From the NCBI GenBank assembly GCA_965214625.1, contig OZ243962.1, positions 1,005,278 to 1,069,277 of the forward strand: 64,000 nt of DNA. Reading direction: 5' to 3'. Position numbers and translations under genes: made by a program. A model generated the notes under the pieces. It did not search any database. It was not told the DNA's origin and saw only the letters and a list, made by a program, of their open reading frames with translations. Positions 43,915-54,416 of the stretch are shown piece after piece. This stretch comes from Candidatus Poriferihabitaceae bacterium (GTDB lineage: Bacteria; Pseudomonadota; Gammaproteobacteria; Arenicellales; Poriferihabitantaceae). Position 1 is the first letter of the stretch. Every line of letters begins with the position of its first letter.

Positions 43915-46900
43915 CTACAGACTCGGATAATGGACATGTCGATACCTGCCTGGCTTGGTCTTGAAAGGACTGATAAGCCGTTGTTGGGCAAGCCAACAGT
44001 CCGATTCGTCCACTTCAGCTGTCCAGTGAACCTGACCTGAGACATAGGTTGCAAAGACGGCACCATCCCTGAAAAGAATTCGATTGCGTGCCACGGCAGG
44101 AACCCGTTCACCCGGCAACACGATACCGGTCAGATTCAGGGGATCGGCCGCACTGATCACGATCAGACCCTGAGCGGTCTGTCGCTCCATTTTCCGCAAC
44201 AACCCAACCGCTTCAGGTAGAGCGAACTGCTCTCCAGCAAAACCGTCGACAAACCGCCCCCCGCGCACTTCCCCCCTGTCCTCCATGCGACGAAGGGTAT
44301 AATACAATTCATACCATCTGGGAACGCTGTGCTCAAGATCGATCAGGCGTCGAAACAAAATGCCGTATCTTTTGAGCAGTCGTTTTGCAATGTACTCCAC
44401 GGACTGCCGTTTTTCCGCAGCCGTCTCGTTGCGGCCAGTGTGCCTGTCGACGACAGCCCACCGCCCTGCTCCCTGCATCCGTGACCGTTGCCACACCCGT
44501 CGACCGCGCGCAGACCGCTTGTCTGAAGAGCGTCCGGTGAGCGCCCTCAGTCCGGCAAAGTTGTCACTGGTGACCAGTCCATTGCCGATCAGTTCGCACA
44601 GGCCCTGTTCGACATCTGACTGAAGCCAACCCCCCTCGGCCACCAGGTCATCGAAAAACTGAGCCCCGTTTTCGGTCAGGATTTCATGGAGTCGCTTCGC
44701 ATGTCCGCGCATCGGTTCGATCAACGAAACCTCGCTGCTGAAACGAAGCCAATGTCTTAGTCCCGGTCTTGATGACAGCGTGACCGGAGACTGTTTCGTG
44801 GCCCCTTTCATATGGGGCTGGGCCACCTTTGCCGGACTCAGACGACACCATGAGATGCGCCCACTGGAACACAAGATGTCAAGCCAATAATTCATGTATC
44901 CGTTCAGCCTCGCTGGCAAAACCGAGTCTTCCCACGCGCCTGCAGCAACTTCAGTGCCTTCCAGTTGATCGAGTACCGTCTCCAGTGCCTCCGCTGTCTG
45001 TGATGCCGGGGAATCGGTCCGGTCCAGTCCCTGCCAACGAAACAGGAACCGCATATATCCGGTAATTGAAACCGGTGCCGTCTGTTTCCTGAGATGCTTG
45101 ATCGTCCGTCGATGTATTCTGGCCAATAAACCCCGTTCACACCATTGCGCTTCGCCTCCGTGGTCCGAAAACGAACCCCGCATGGCATAGCCTTCGTGTT
45201 CCAGCGCGATCAAGCCCTGTGTCACGACCGCCGGGTCCAGTTGCAATAGCGAGGCCAGTTCACTCCCGTTGGTCGGCCCGACACCCTGCAGTCGCATTCT
45301 GAGCACTTCTTTCACTGCGTCCTCGTACGCATCAGTGGCTGTCGATGCGACCGGGGCAATCAACGGCTGCAACTGGCAATGCGGATGAATTTCAAGCCAA
45401 ATAGCCAGTCTTTCCGCCGATATCCAATAGGTCTGTGCATTTAATCGTGCGCGACATGCCCGGTTGTCCCGCGCGAGCGCATCAAACCAGCACTCCCAGC
45501 CTGACCGGACGGCCTCCTGTTCCTGAACCACGCCCAGAATCATCAGTGCATCGTGACATTCGTCCTCATTGGACACCTCCGGCCAGGCCTGCTTGCACAC
45601 CTCCCGTATGACATCCTGATGCAGTGCTGCGGCGCCGGGCGTCTCTTCAGATTGATAATATTGCCGGGTTTGCACCAACGCAGTCCGTCTCTCTTCGGCC
45701 GGCGCATCATCCAAAAAGGCATAGGGTCTGGCCACCAGCACTTCTTCAGCCAGCGACGACGGAGTGGCCAAATCCCGACAGATCACCTTGATGTTCCCTT
45801 CTGAAATATCGTTCAGAACCTGTTGCAGCCGCGCCACGTCCATCAGTACATGCAAACAGTCATGGACCGTCTGGCTGACCAAGGGGTGATCCGGAATTTC
45901 CCGGTCTCCGGCAATGTTTTCAGCACAGGCAATCTGGTCAGGAAAGATCACGGCAAGCAGGTCTTCCGCATCCGTCCGCTGAAATTGCGGCGGGCTTTTC
46001 TTACCCCCCGTGAATCGCTTGATTGCCAGCGCGATAGCCGCATTCCAGCGCCAATGGGTCGGGAACATCGGCGCATCCAGGAGCGCCTGGGTCAGCACCT
46101 CCCTAACGGTGGCCGGCTTAAGATAGTGGATGACCTCTTCCAGTGGAAAACTGTGGGTACTGCCCAAAGACAAGACAATCGTATCTTCCAGTGCGGCAGC
46201 CTGCAATTCGAAGTTAAACTTTCGACAAAACCGTTTTCGCAGTGCCAGTCCCCAGCCCCGATTGAACCGGGACCCGAAGGTGGAATGAATGACCAGGTGC
46301 TGATCCCCGGCCTGATCAAAAAACCGCTCCACAATGATCGTGCTGACGGTCGGCAGACCACCCAGCGCACGTTGGCCTGCCGCAAGATAGTGCACTAGTT
46401 GCCTCGCCCCTGCCTCGGGAATACGGTAGTGCAATACAACCTGTTCAATGGCCCTGCCGGTGCCTTCGGCCAGCCAGCCACTGATCCGCTCTCGCAACTG
46501 TGATACGGCCAGGCTGAGCGCATCGGTCCGCCCAAGTCCTTCGCCAAACCAAAACGGAATGGTGGGCGGCTGGCCTTTAGCATCCACAACAAATACCTTG
46601 CCCGATTCCACTTTAAGGATCCGATAGGCGGTATTGCCCAACTGAAAAATATCGCCGGGCAGTGATTCGAATGAAAAATCCTCATTCAGCGTGCCTATTT
46701 TCAACCCCTCGGGCTGCAGAATCACATCATAATCAAACTGGTCCGGGATGGTCCCGCCATTGGTAATGGCCGTCAGTCGGGCCCCCTTTCGTGCTCGAAT
46801 CCGGCCATTGACCACATCCAGATGCAAATACCTTGACCGCTGTCCCCGATGGGTCGAGAATCCCTCGGCCAGCATGTCGATGACCCGGTCATAGGTTTCC

Positions 46901-48318
46901 CGGGCCAGATCGGCATATGGTGTTGCCCGGGTCAGTCGACAGTACAGCGCATCGAGTTCATATTCCTCTCCCCCCGAGACCTCCGCAACGATCTGCTGCG
47001 CCAGCACATCCAGCGGCTGAATGTACAGGGTCATCTGATCCAGCTGTCCTTCGGTCGCTGACGCCAGCAGCGCGGTACATTCCACCAGATCGTCCCGCGA
47101 CAGCGGAAACAGTCGACCTTTCGGTATTGCATTCAATTGGTGGCCGGAACGACCCACCCGCTGCAGGAAAACGCTGATTGCCCTCGGTGAACCCATCTGA
47201 CAAACCAGATCGATGTCTCCAATATCGATCCCCAATTCCAACGATGCGGTCGCCACCAATGCTTTTAATTGGCCCCCCTTTAATTTTTGTTCGGCTGCAA
47301 ATCGATGTTCCTTGGACAGGCTGCCATGATGGGCGGTCACCGAGTCCTCATCAATGCGTTCTGCCAGTGCCTTGGCCATCCGTTCGGCAAGACGCCGGGT
47401 GTTCACGAAAATCAATGTGGTTCGATGTCCATGAATGAGGGTGGTGATTTGATCGTACAGTTCGGTCCATACGTCATTGGACATGACCGATTCCAATGGG
47501 GTATCCGGCAAAGACAGCTGCAGATCCCTTTCCCGCTGGTGGCCACGGTTAATAATGGAACAGGGTTTCCCTGATTGCTGCCCTGTCAGAAACTCCGCTA
47601 CGGTTTCAATGGGTTTCTGGGTCGCTGACAGCCCGATGCGCCTCAATGGCTGGCGACAAAGACCTTGCAGCCTTTCCAGCGACAGGGCCAGATGGGCGCC
47701 TCTTTTCGTTGGTACCAATGCATGAATCTCATCAACGATGACCGTTTCAGTCGAACTCAGCATCGTGCGACCCGACACAGAGGTCAGCAGGATATACAGC
47801 GACTCGGGAGTGGTCACCAGGATATGCGGCGGAGTGCGGCGCATTCGGGTCCGTTCGGTGGGCGTCGTATCACCCGTACGAACCGCTGCCGTGATCCTGA
47901 CCGGATGCGCCCCATCGCATCGTCCGTCAAAATAAGTGTGTATCCCGGCCAGGGGCAATTCCAGATTTCTGGCAATGTCATTGGATAACGCTTTTAACGG
48001 AGACACATAGACCACTTTGACCTGTTCTTCCAGTGCGCCCCCAACGGCCCGCCTCACCAGTGAATCGATGACACTCAAGAAAGCCGCCAGAGTTTTACCC
48101 GAACCCGTGGGCGCTGCGACCAGTGTAGGATGATGGCTTGAAACCGCCTCCCAGGCATCGAGTTGCGTCGGGGTTGGTTCATCAAAATGAGCGTAAAACC
48201 ATTGTCTTACGGACTCATGGAACTGCTGCATGACCATTTTGATCCACTGATATGCTGTACTACTCGACGGTTGTTGATGCCCTGCCGGATTCAGGACAAC
48301 ATCCAAAAGCGGCGACAC
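43915..48318 (-). CDS. lhr: ATP-dependent DEAD/DEAH-box helicase Lhr (large helicase-related)
   Basis: 1467 aa. Walker A APTGSGKTLAAF, DExH VDEIHAL, SLELGIDIG, QRVGRSGH, and the long Lhr-specific C-terminal extension. Confidence 0.9.
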   Translation of the reverse strand: MSPLLDVVLNPAGHQQPSSSTAYQWIKMVMQQFHESVRQWFYAHFDEPTPTQLDAWEAVSSHHPTLVAAPTGSGKTLAAFLSVIDSLVRRAVGGALEEQVKVVYVSPLKALSNDIARNLELPLAGIHTYFDGRCDGAHPVRITAAVRTGDTTPTERTRMRRTPPHILVTTPESLYILLTSVSGRTMLSSTETVIVDEIHALVPTKRGAHLALSLERLQGLCRQPLRRIGLSATQKPIETVAEFLTGQQSGKPCSIINRGHQRERDLQLSLPDTPLESVMSNDVWTELYDQITTLIHGHRTTLIFVNTRRLAERMAKALAERIDEDSVTAHHGSLSKEHRFAAEQKLKGGQLKALVATASLELGIDIGDIDLVCQMGSPRAISVFLQRVGRSGHQLNAIPKGRLFPLSRDDLVECTALLASATEGQLDQMTLYIQPLDVLAQQIVAEVSGGEEYELDALYCRLTRATPYADLARETYDRVIDMLAEGFSTHRGQRSRYLHLDVVNGRIRARKGARLTAITNGGTIPDQFDYDVILQPEGLKIGTLNEDFSFESLPGDIFQLGNTAYRILKVESGKVFVVDAKGQPPTIPFWFGEGLGRTDALSLAVSQLRERISGWLAEGTGRAIEQVVLHYRIPEAGARQLVHYLAAGQRALGGLPTVSTIIVERFFDQAGDQHLVIHSTFGSRFNRGWGLALRKRFCRKFNFELQAAALEDTIVLSLGSTHSFPLEEVIHYLKPATVREVLTQALLDAPMFPTHWRWNAAIALAIKRFTGGKKSPPQFQRTDAEDLLAVIFPDQIACAENIAGDREIPDHPLVSQTVHDCLHVLMDVARLQQVLNDISEGNIKVICRDLATPSSLAEEVLVARPYAFLDDAPAEERRTALVQTRQYYQSEETPGAAALHQDVIREVCKQAWPEVSNEDECHDALMILGVVQEQEAVRSGWECWFDALARDNRACRARLNAQTYWISAERLAIWLEIHPHCQLQPLIAPVASTATDAYEDAVKEVLRMRLQGVGPTNGSELASLLQLDPAVVTQGLIALEHEGYAMRGSFSDHGGEAQWCERGLLARIHRRTIKHLRKQTAPVSITGYMRFLFRWQGLDRTDSPASQTAEALETVLDQLEGTEVAAGAWEDSVLPARLNGYMNYWLDILCSSGRISWCRLSPAKVAQPHMKGATKQSPVTLSSRPGLRHWLRFSSEVSLIEPMRGHAKRLHEILTENGAQFFDDLVAEGGWLQSDVEQGLCELIGNGLVTSDNFAGLRALTGRSSDKRSARGRRVWQRSRMQGAGRWAVVDRHTGRNETAAEKRQSVEYIAKRLLKRYGILFRRLIDLEHSVPRWYELYYTLRRMEDRGEVRGGRFVDGFAGEQFALPEAVGLLRKMERQTAQGLIVISAADPLNLTGIVLPGERVPAVARNRILFRDGAVFATYVSGQVHWTAEVDESDCWLAQQRLISPFKTKPGRYRHVHYPSL

Positions 48319-48431
48319 TGGCTGTCATTGTATCAATGAACTGCCTGCAACCGGGAAATCCTGACGGTCAGACGGCTTGTTTGTTTGCGGTACAACAACT
48401 GAACCGGATGGGAATACCTGCTGCGGCGCAA

Positions 48432-48743
48432 TCACGGGGACTGGAAATACCCCACCTGTATTTCAGGACATGGCTCCCTTCCATCTACCGGCGACTGAAT
48501 CCATTCATCCACTCCATCAGAAAAACATATTGTTTTGGATCGTACTGATAAGAGAATTTGATGATCCATTGAGACACGCGCTCGAAATGTGACTGAAAAT
48601 TCCGGTTCATTATCAGACACCGGACAATTCCCAAACAATACCGCTCGGCCTTTATTCTGTAAATCGAGAACCGCACCGGCACTGCCGTCAATTATTCCAT
48701 GTCGATGAAACATCGATGGCCGGGTCGAATGACACCTCCACAA
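48432..48743 (-). CDS. Hypothetical protein
   Basis: 103-aa ORF in otherwise unassigned DNA upstream of lhr on the same strand. No motif recognised; coding status uncertain. Confidence 0.25.
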   Translation of the reverse strand: MWRCHSTRPSMFHRHGIIDGSAGAVLDLQNKGRAVLFGNCPVSDNEPEFSVTFRARVSMDHQILLSVRSKTICFSDGVDEWIQSPVDGREPCPEIQVGYFQSP

Positions 48744-48813
48744 GATTCGTCTGGCTTGGCTATTGCTTCATGGTAATGATTGCGGTAATCTGCGCTCCCT
48801 TCTTCCTCCCAGT

Positions 48814-48890
48814 GGCTACGTAGCTCAGTTGGTTAGAGCACATCACTCATAATGATGGGGTCGGTGGTTCGAGTCCACCCGTAGCCACCA
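48814..48890 (+). tRNA. tRNA-Met (CAT), elongator type
   Basis: 77 nt: GGCTACGTAGCTCAGTTGGTTAGAGCACATCACTCATAATGATGGGGTCGGTGGTTCGAGTCCACCCGTAGCCACCA. Acceptor stem GGCTACG/CGTAGCC, anticodon loop CTCATAA, T-loop GGTTCGAGTCC, encoded CCA. Near-identical to E. coli elongator tRNA-Met as I remember it. Confidence 0.95.
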
Positions 48891-49222
48891 TGAGGTCCAA
48901 AAAAAACATCCCTTGCATCCCTATGGCAACCGTTCGTATGAACCGGCATCGATGACGGACTTCTTCTCAGGACGATCAGAGCCGACTGAACGGGTATGGA
49001 ACAGGCCGCAACACTACTGCCCGCATGCACTTGGCGGAGAACGACAAAAAGCCACCGGTCGTTTTATCTAACGTCTGGCAAAGACAGCAAAATACTCTGT
49101 CGGGAAGCCGACGTATTCATTCGTGCGATCTATCCGCTACTTGGACAAAAGGTACCGGCCAATGGCTACCGGACGATTCGGCTGACGGCAAAAAACCCGT
49201 GTGTGGTCACATCCCCTTCGTC

Positions 49223-50632
49223 TCAACGCAATGAGACGGCCGCACTGGTTAACGCCTTATCCATCGCATCGACAATCTCATCGAGGTCATCACGCGTACA
49301 AATCAACGCCGGGCTGAGGCACAGGGTATTATTGTATTCAGCAAAACTGCGATTGGTGCGGCCAATCATGACCCCCTGCTTCAGACAGTCAGAAACAATC
49401 CCCCCAACGACGGCTTCATCGACCGGTTCCTTGGTTTTCCGATCCTTGACCAGTTCAGCCCCCACAAAGAGCCCTTTCCCCCGGACATCACCAATCATTG
49501 GATGCTTTTGCTGCAACTCGTTGAGTTGATCGATCAAATAACAGCCCATTTCATTTACATTGTCCAGCAGATTTTCCTGTTCGATAATGCGCATGTTTTC
49601 CAACGCGGCTGCCGGTCCCCCCGCACAGCCCCCGAACGTGCTGATGTCACGGAAATAGTGCATTTTTTCGCTGGGATCGGCCAGAAACTGCTTGAACAGT
49701 GCTTCCGTTGTCACCGTCACTGAGATCGGCGCATAGCCGCTCGCCACGCCTTTCGCCATGGTGACGATATCCGGCTTGACGCCATAATGCTGGTATCCGA
49801 ACCATTTACCGGTGCGCCCCATCCCACAGACCACCTCATCAATATGAATGAGCACACCGTATTTCGAACAAATCTCCTGAATGGTTTCAAAATAACCCTC
49901 TGGCGGTGTAATGACCCCTCCACCTGCGGTAATCGGCTCCAACACCACCGAACCGACCGTATCCGGCCCTTCCCGAAGGATCACCTTTTCCAGTTCTTTG
50001 GCCGCCTGAACACCGAAGTCCGGTTGATCGCCATTGGCAGAACGATACGCAAGACAGTGGGGAAATTGCACGAAACCCGGTGTAAACGGCCCGTATTGGT
50101 CTTTACGCTGTGACTGACCACTGGAACTCAAGGCGGTAATGGTGGTTCCATGATAATCACGGTCCCGGAAAATGATTTTATGCTTCTTGCCACCGTGGTA
50201 CATCGCCGCGATCTGCCGGACCAGCTTGTACCCTTTTTCATTGGCCTCCGACCCTGAATTGGAATAATAGACCCGGGTCAGTCCGGGCATTTTGGAAGTC
50301 AACTTTTCCGCGAACTGGGCGCCCGGTATATTGCCTGCCGAATTGGCGAAGTAACACATTTTCAAAAGCTGGTCATAAACCGCCTTGGCAATACTTTCCC
50401 GACCGTACCCGACATTGACCGTCCATACGCCCCCTGAAACCGCATCCAGATAGGTTTTGCCATTGATGTCGGTCACCCGCAGACCATGGCCCTCTGTAAT
50501 CACCATCGGGTCAATGGTTTCAAGGACCTTGTGCTGACTGAGATGATGCCAGAGATGTGCCTTGTCATCGCCAATGACTTGTTGTTTATCAATGTCAATT
50601 GACCCTTTATCCAAATGGAAAGCTTTGTTCAT
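49223..50632 (-). CDS. Class-III (omega) aminotransferase, PLP-dependent
   Basis: 469 aa. SGSEANE, DEVVCGMGRTGKWFG, PLP-lysine context DIVTMAKGVASGY. Confidence 0.85.
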   Translation of the reverse strand: MNKAFHLDKGSIDIDKQQVIGDDKAHLWHHLSQHKVLETIDPMVITEGHGLRVTDINGKTYLDAVSGGVWTVNVGYGRESIAKAVYDQLLKMCYFANSAGNIPGAQFAEKLTSKMPGLTRVYYSNSGSEANEKGYKLVRQIAAMYHGGKKHKIIFRDRDYHGTTITALSSSGQSQRKDQYGPFTPGFVQFPHCLAYRSANGDQPDFGVQAAKELEKVILREGPDTVGSVVLEPITAGGGVITPPEGYFETIQEICSKYGVLIHIDEVVCGMGRTGKWFGYQHYGVKPDIVTMAKGVASGYAPISVTVTTEALFKQFLADPSEKMHYFRDISTFGGCAGGPAAALENMRIIEQENLLDNVNEMGCYLIDQLNELQQKHPMIGDVRGKGLFVGAELVKDRKTKEPVDEAVVGGIVSDCLKQGVMIGRTNRSFAEYNNTLCLSPALICTRDDLDEIVDAMDKALTSAAVSLR

Positions 50633-51076
50633 GGTTCTGATCCTGACGTTAGCCTGTCTGAGTGTATGTCACCTGATGGACAACATGCCACCTGATTATT
50701 ACCTGATTCATACCATACTCTGTTGTCCATGAGTGTAAATAGAACCAGTTAAACACGTCCTATTAGACCACTCTTGTGAGAACATTCCCATCACCACCCT
50801 TGCCGCCTGCATGATACCAACCACAGTGCAATACCGTAGTCCAAAATGAAGATCAATCGACAGCCTGTCGACACGGACTCGCCACAACAAGATAGCATCG
50901 TCCTGTCGCTCCACGGGTGAATCGGGCTGCGGCATAGTATGACCTTGTTCCGACGCCCCCAATCACCGGCTTGGGGTTCATTGCCCGCTTCAGATGTACA
51001 CCACCGGGCAGATCCGGATTCCACTGGACAACATACCACTTTGTAAGTCGCTCCTCCCCCAAGTACAATCGGGGCA

Positions 51077-53230
51077 ATGGACATCTCACACATTTTTGAT
51101 TCCCTGAACAAGGAACAACGGGAGGCTGTTGCCGCTGAACCGGGACCGGTACTGGTGCTGGCGGGTGCCGGCAGTGGTAAAACCCGGGTACTGACACATC
51201 GTATCGCCTGGTTGATTCAGGGGCAGCATATCCCCCCCCCGTCCATCCTCGCAGTGACTTTTACCAACAAGGCGGCCAGGGAGATGCGCGGACGCCTTGC
51301 CGAACTGCTGGATATTCCCTTGCGCAACCTGTGGATCGGCACTTTCCATGGACTCTGTCTTCGCTTGCTGAGACTGCACGCCCCAGACGCCGGTCTCCCC
51401 GAACCGTTTGAAATACTCGATAGCGATGATCAATATCGTCTGATTCGACGTGTGCTTAAGGAGCACAATCTGAACGAGGATTACTGGCCTCCAAAACAGA
51501 TACAGTGGATGATAAACCAGCACAAGGAAGAGGGACGAAGGGCTCGGCATCTGCCTGCCGGACATGACATCCAGCAACAGACCCTATTGCAGATTTACCT
51601 CACTTATGAGGAACGCTGTCAACGGGACGGACTGGCCGACTTCGCGGAACTGCTGTTACGCACTTTGGAGCTATTACAGAACAATCAGTCCCTGAGGGAA
51701 CATTACCAACAGCGCTTTCGGCATGTCCTGGTCGATGAGTTTCAAGATACCAATGCCATTCAGTATCGTTGGTTACGCATACTGACACAGCAGCACAAGC
51801 ACTGCTTCGCAGTGGGTGACGACGACCAGTCAATCTATGGCTGGCGGGGGGCCAAAGTCGAGAATATGCTGAGTTTCGAAAAAGATTTTCCTGAAAGCAC
51901 CGTGATTCGGCTTGAGCAGAATTATCGCTCCACCGGCAACATACTCAATGCCGCGAACTCGGTCATTGCCAATAATACGGGACGGATGGGAAAAAATCTC
52001 TGGACCGATGCCACGCAGGGTCTGCCGCTTAGAATGTACGCCGCCCGTAACGAAATCGATGAAGCCCGGTTTGTTGTCGACCAAATCAGCCATTGGATCA
52101 CACAGGGCAATCGCAGGGATGAGGCGGCCATCTTATACCGTTCAAATGCCCAATCGCGGATTTTTGAAGAAAAACTGCTGGCCGAACAGATCCCGTACCG
52201 GGTATACGGAGGTCTGCGCTTTTTTGAACGTGCTGAAATCAAGGATGCACTGGCTTACCTGAAATTGATGGTCAATCGGGATTCCGATCCTGCTTTTGAG
52301 CGAGTGGTGAACGTGCCGGCGCGCGGCATCGGCAACAGGACACTGGAGGTGATTCGGGAACAGGCCCGAACAGGACAGGTGTCGATGTGGAAGGCGGCCC
52401 GCGAGACAGTCGACGGACAGACCCTGCCCACCCGCGCACTGACGGCCATTTCCCGATTCGTGGACCTGATTGAGCAACTGTCTCGTGAAACCGGTGCACT
52501 TGATCTGGAAGCCACTATCGATCACGTGCTCAAGCGAAGCGGATTACTGGATCATTGCCGCAAGGAAAAGGGCGAACGGGCGGAAGGACGGATTGAAAAC
52601 CTCGAAGAACTGGTGACTGCGGGACGACGTTTCGTGCCGGAGGAAGAGAACCGCGAAGAGGCGCTTTCGTTGTTTCTCAACAATGCGGCCCTCGAAGCGG
52701 GCGAGGGACAAGCTGACGAATGGGACGATTGTGTCCAGTTGATGAGTCTGCATTCATCCAAGGGACTGGAATTCCCTGTCGTCTTTCTGTGCGGCATGGA
52801 AGAAGGCCTGTTTCCGCATCAACGCTCTTTGGAAGAACCTGGCAGGCTTGAGGAGGAGCGGCGTCTTTGTTACGTCGGCATGACCCGCGCAATGCAGCAA
52901 CTGTATATTTGTTATGCTGAGATCCGGCAACTGTATGGCCGGTCAGACTATACCCGACAGTCCCGCTTTTTGACGGAGATTCCGGCTGAATTCATCGAGG
53001 AGATTCGTTCGTCAACCTTTTCCCGTCCCTTGTTCCGTCCCCCACAAACCCCAACCGACCACGTCCTCGTCAACTTCCAGCCGGGACGGCAAGTCCGTCA
53101 CAAGAAATTCGGGGAGGGCATGGTGATCAACCTGGAAGGCCAGGGTAATCAGGCCCGGATTCAGGTGAATTTTGTTGATGTCGGTCCCAAATGGCTGATA
53201 TACAGCTATGCCAATCTGGAACCGGTTTGA
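51077..53230 (+). CDS. uvrD: DNA helicase II
   Basis: 717 aa. MDISHIFDSLNKEQREAVAA..VLVLAGAGSGKTRVLTHRIAWL...AVTFTNKAAREM, collinear with E. coli UvrD (about 720 aa). Confidence 0.9.
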   Translation: MDISHIFDSLNKEQREAVAAEPGPVLVLAGAGSGKTRVLTHRIAWLIQGQHIPPPSILAVTFTNKAAREMRGRLAELLDIPLRNLWIGTFHGLCLRLLRLHAPDAGLPEPFEILDSDDQYRLIRRVLKEHNLNEDYWPPKQIQWMINQHKEEGRRARHLPAGHDIQQQTLLQIYLTYEERCQRDGLADFAELLLRTLELLQNNQSLREHYQQRFRHVLVDEFQDTNAIQYRWLRILTQQHKHCFAVGDDDQSIYGWRGAKVENMLSFEKDFPESTVIRLEQNYRSTGNILNAANSVIANNTGRMGKNLWTDATQGLPLRMYAARNEIDEARFVVDQISHWITQGNRRDEAAILYRSNAQSRIFEEKLLAEQIPYRVYGGLRFFERAEIKDALAYLKLMVNRDSDPAFERVVNVPARGIGNRTLEVIREQARTGQVSMWKAARETVDGQTLPTRALTAISRFVDLIEQLSRETGALDLEATIDHVLKRSGLLDHCRKEKGERAEGRIENLEELVTAGRRFVPEEENREEALSLFLNNAALEAGEGQADEWDDCVQLMSLHSSKGLEFPVVFLCGMEEGLFPHQRSLEEPGRLEEERRLCYVGMTRAMQQLYICYAEIRQLYGRSDYTRQSRFLTEIPAEFIEEIRSSTFSRPLFRPPQTPTDHVLVNFQPGRQVRHKKFGEGMVINLEGQGNQARIQVNFVDVGPKWLIYSYANLEPV

Positions 53231-53433
53231 TCGTCTTTGTTGAGCACGGCCAAAGCCCGCTCATAGATTTTCTGGGTCAGCTTGGTCGGCTGGCCAGTCC
53301 GGCCACTGTCAATCGTTGCCATCCAGTGAAAACAGGGGTGCTGCAACTGATAGGGTCGTAACGGCGATGTAATCAACTCGGGGTATTCATAGAGGATTTC
53401 ATCGGTAATCGGTATGAAAACTTTCTGGCTCAT
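53206..53433 (-). CDS. Hypothetical small protein
   Basis: Part of track ORF 53206..53448; MSQKVFIPITDEILYEYPELI... from ATG 53433. It converges on and overlaps the last 25 nt of uvrD. No recognisable motif. Confidence 0.25.
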   Translation of the reverse strand: MSQKVFIPITDEILYEYPELITSPLRPYQLQHPCFHWMATIDSGRTGQPTKLTQKIYERALAVLNKDDQTGSRLA

Positions 53434-53682
53434 ATCAACATTCCTCAATCAACCGTTTTCATCTGCGCGGGACTGTCCTGCCAATCCAAAGACAACCCGC
53501 ATCCTAAAGACCCCTCCTAGTCGAATAGTTTGGAATCTGCCCTGACAAACTGTTCACCAATTACACTCCTTTTGAGTGGTATCAAATCGTATAACTGATG
53601 GTATTTTGGTGGCAGTTCGCCAGGCAGATCATGCATGGACTTACTCCTTTGCCCGATTCGTGATAATTTCCTACACATCACA

Positions 53683-54396
53683 ATGAACAATCCGTCCAAC
53701 ATGCCCAAAACCATTGCCATCGTCGAAGACGATCCCGACCAAATCAATAATTATGCAGACACTCTCAGGGCACAGGGCTACACGGTGCAGCTTTACAGTA
53801 ACAAGATCAATGCGCTGGCCGGTTTTAACCGCTCACTGCCCGACCTTGCCATTTTGGATATCATGCTGGAAAATGAAATTGACGGCGGGTTTGACCTGTG
53901 TCGCGATTTAAGACAGAAAAGTCCTCGCATGCCGATCATATTCCTGACCGCGAGGGACAGCGATATCGACCGGGTCTCAGGGTTAAGGCTTGATGCATGG
54001 GATTACATCACGAAACCGGTCAATCTGCAGTTTCTCGCCGTTCGGGTTTCTTCGCTCTTTCGGATCGCCACTGCGATGCAAACCGAGATGGACAGCCCTG
54101 CTGCATTGGTACTGGGAGACCTGGAAATCGACCAGAACAGCATGTCCATCAAATGGAAAAGCCATCCGCTTAACCTCACACTGACCGAGTTCTGGCTGAT
54201 CGAAACGCTGGCACGCCACCCGGGTCATGTGAAAACCTATGAGGTGTTGATGCAGACCACCCGTCAAAGCTATGTTGAAAAAAATACAATCAATGGCTAT
54301 GTCCGACGGATCCGTAAAAAGTTCAAGGAGATCGATGATGACTTTTCGATGATCCAGACGGTATTTGGCGTCGGTTACCGCTGGCAACCGGATTAG
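53683..54396 (+). CDS. OmpR-family two-component response regulator
   Basis: Receiver domain (IAIVEDD, phospho-acceptor context DLAILDIML, LTARDS, ITKP) plus winged-helix output (LTLTEFWLIETLA..., VFGVGYRW). ATG 53683. Confidence 0.9.
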   Translation: MNNPSNMPKTIAIVEDDPDQINNYADTLRAQGYTVQLYSNKINALAGFNRSLPDLAILDIMLENEIDGGFDLCRDLRQKSPRMPIIFLTARDSDIDRVSGLRLDAWDYITKPVNLQFLAVRVSSLFRIATAMQTEMDSPAALVLGDLEIDQNSMSIKWKSHPLNLTLTEFWLIETLARHPGHVKTYEVLMQTTRQSYVEKNTINGYVRRIRKKFKEIDDDFSMIQTVFGVGYRWQPD

Positions 54397-54416
54397 CATT
54401 TCGGGGATTTTCCCAG

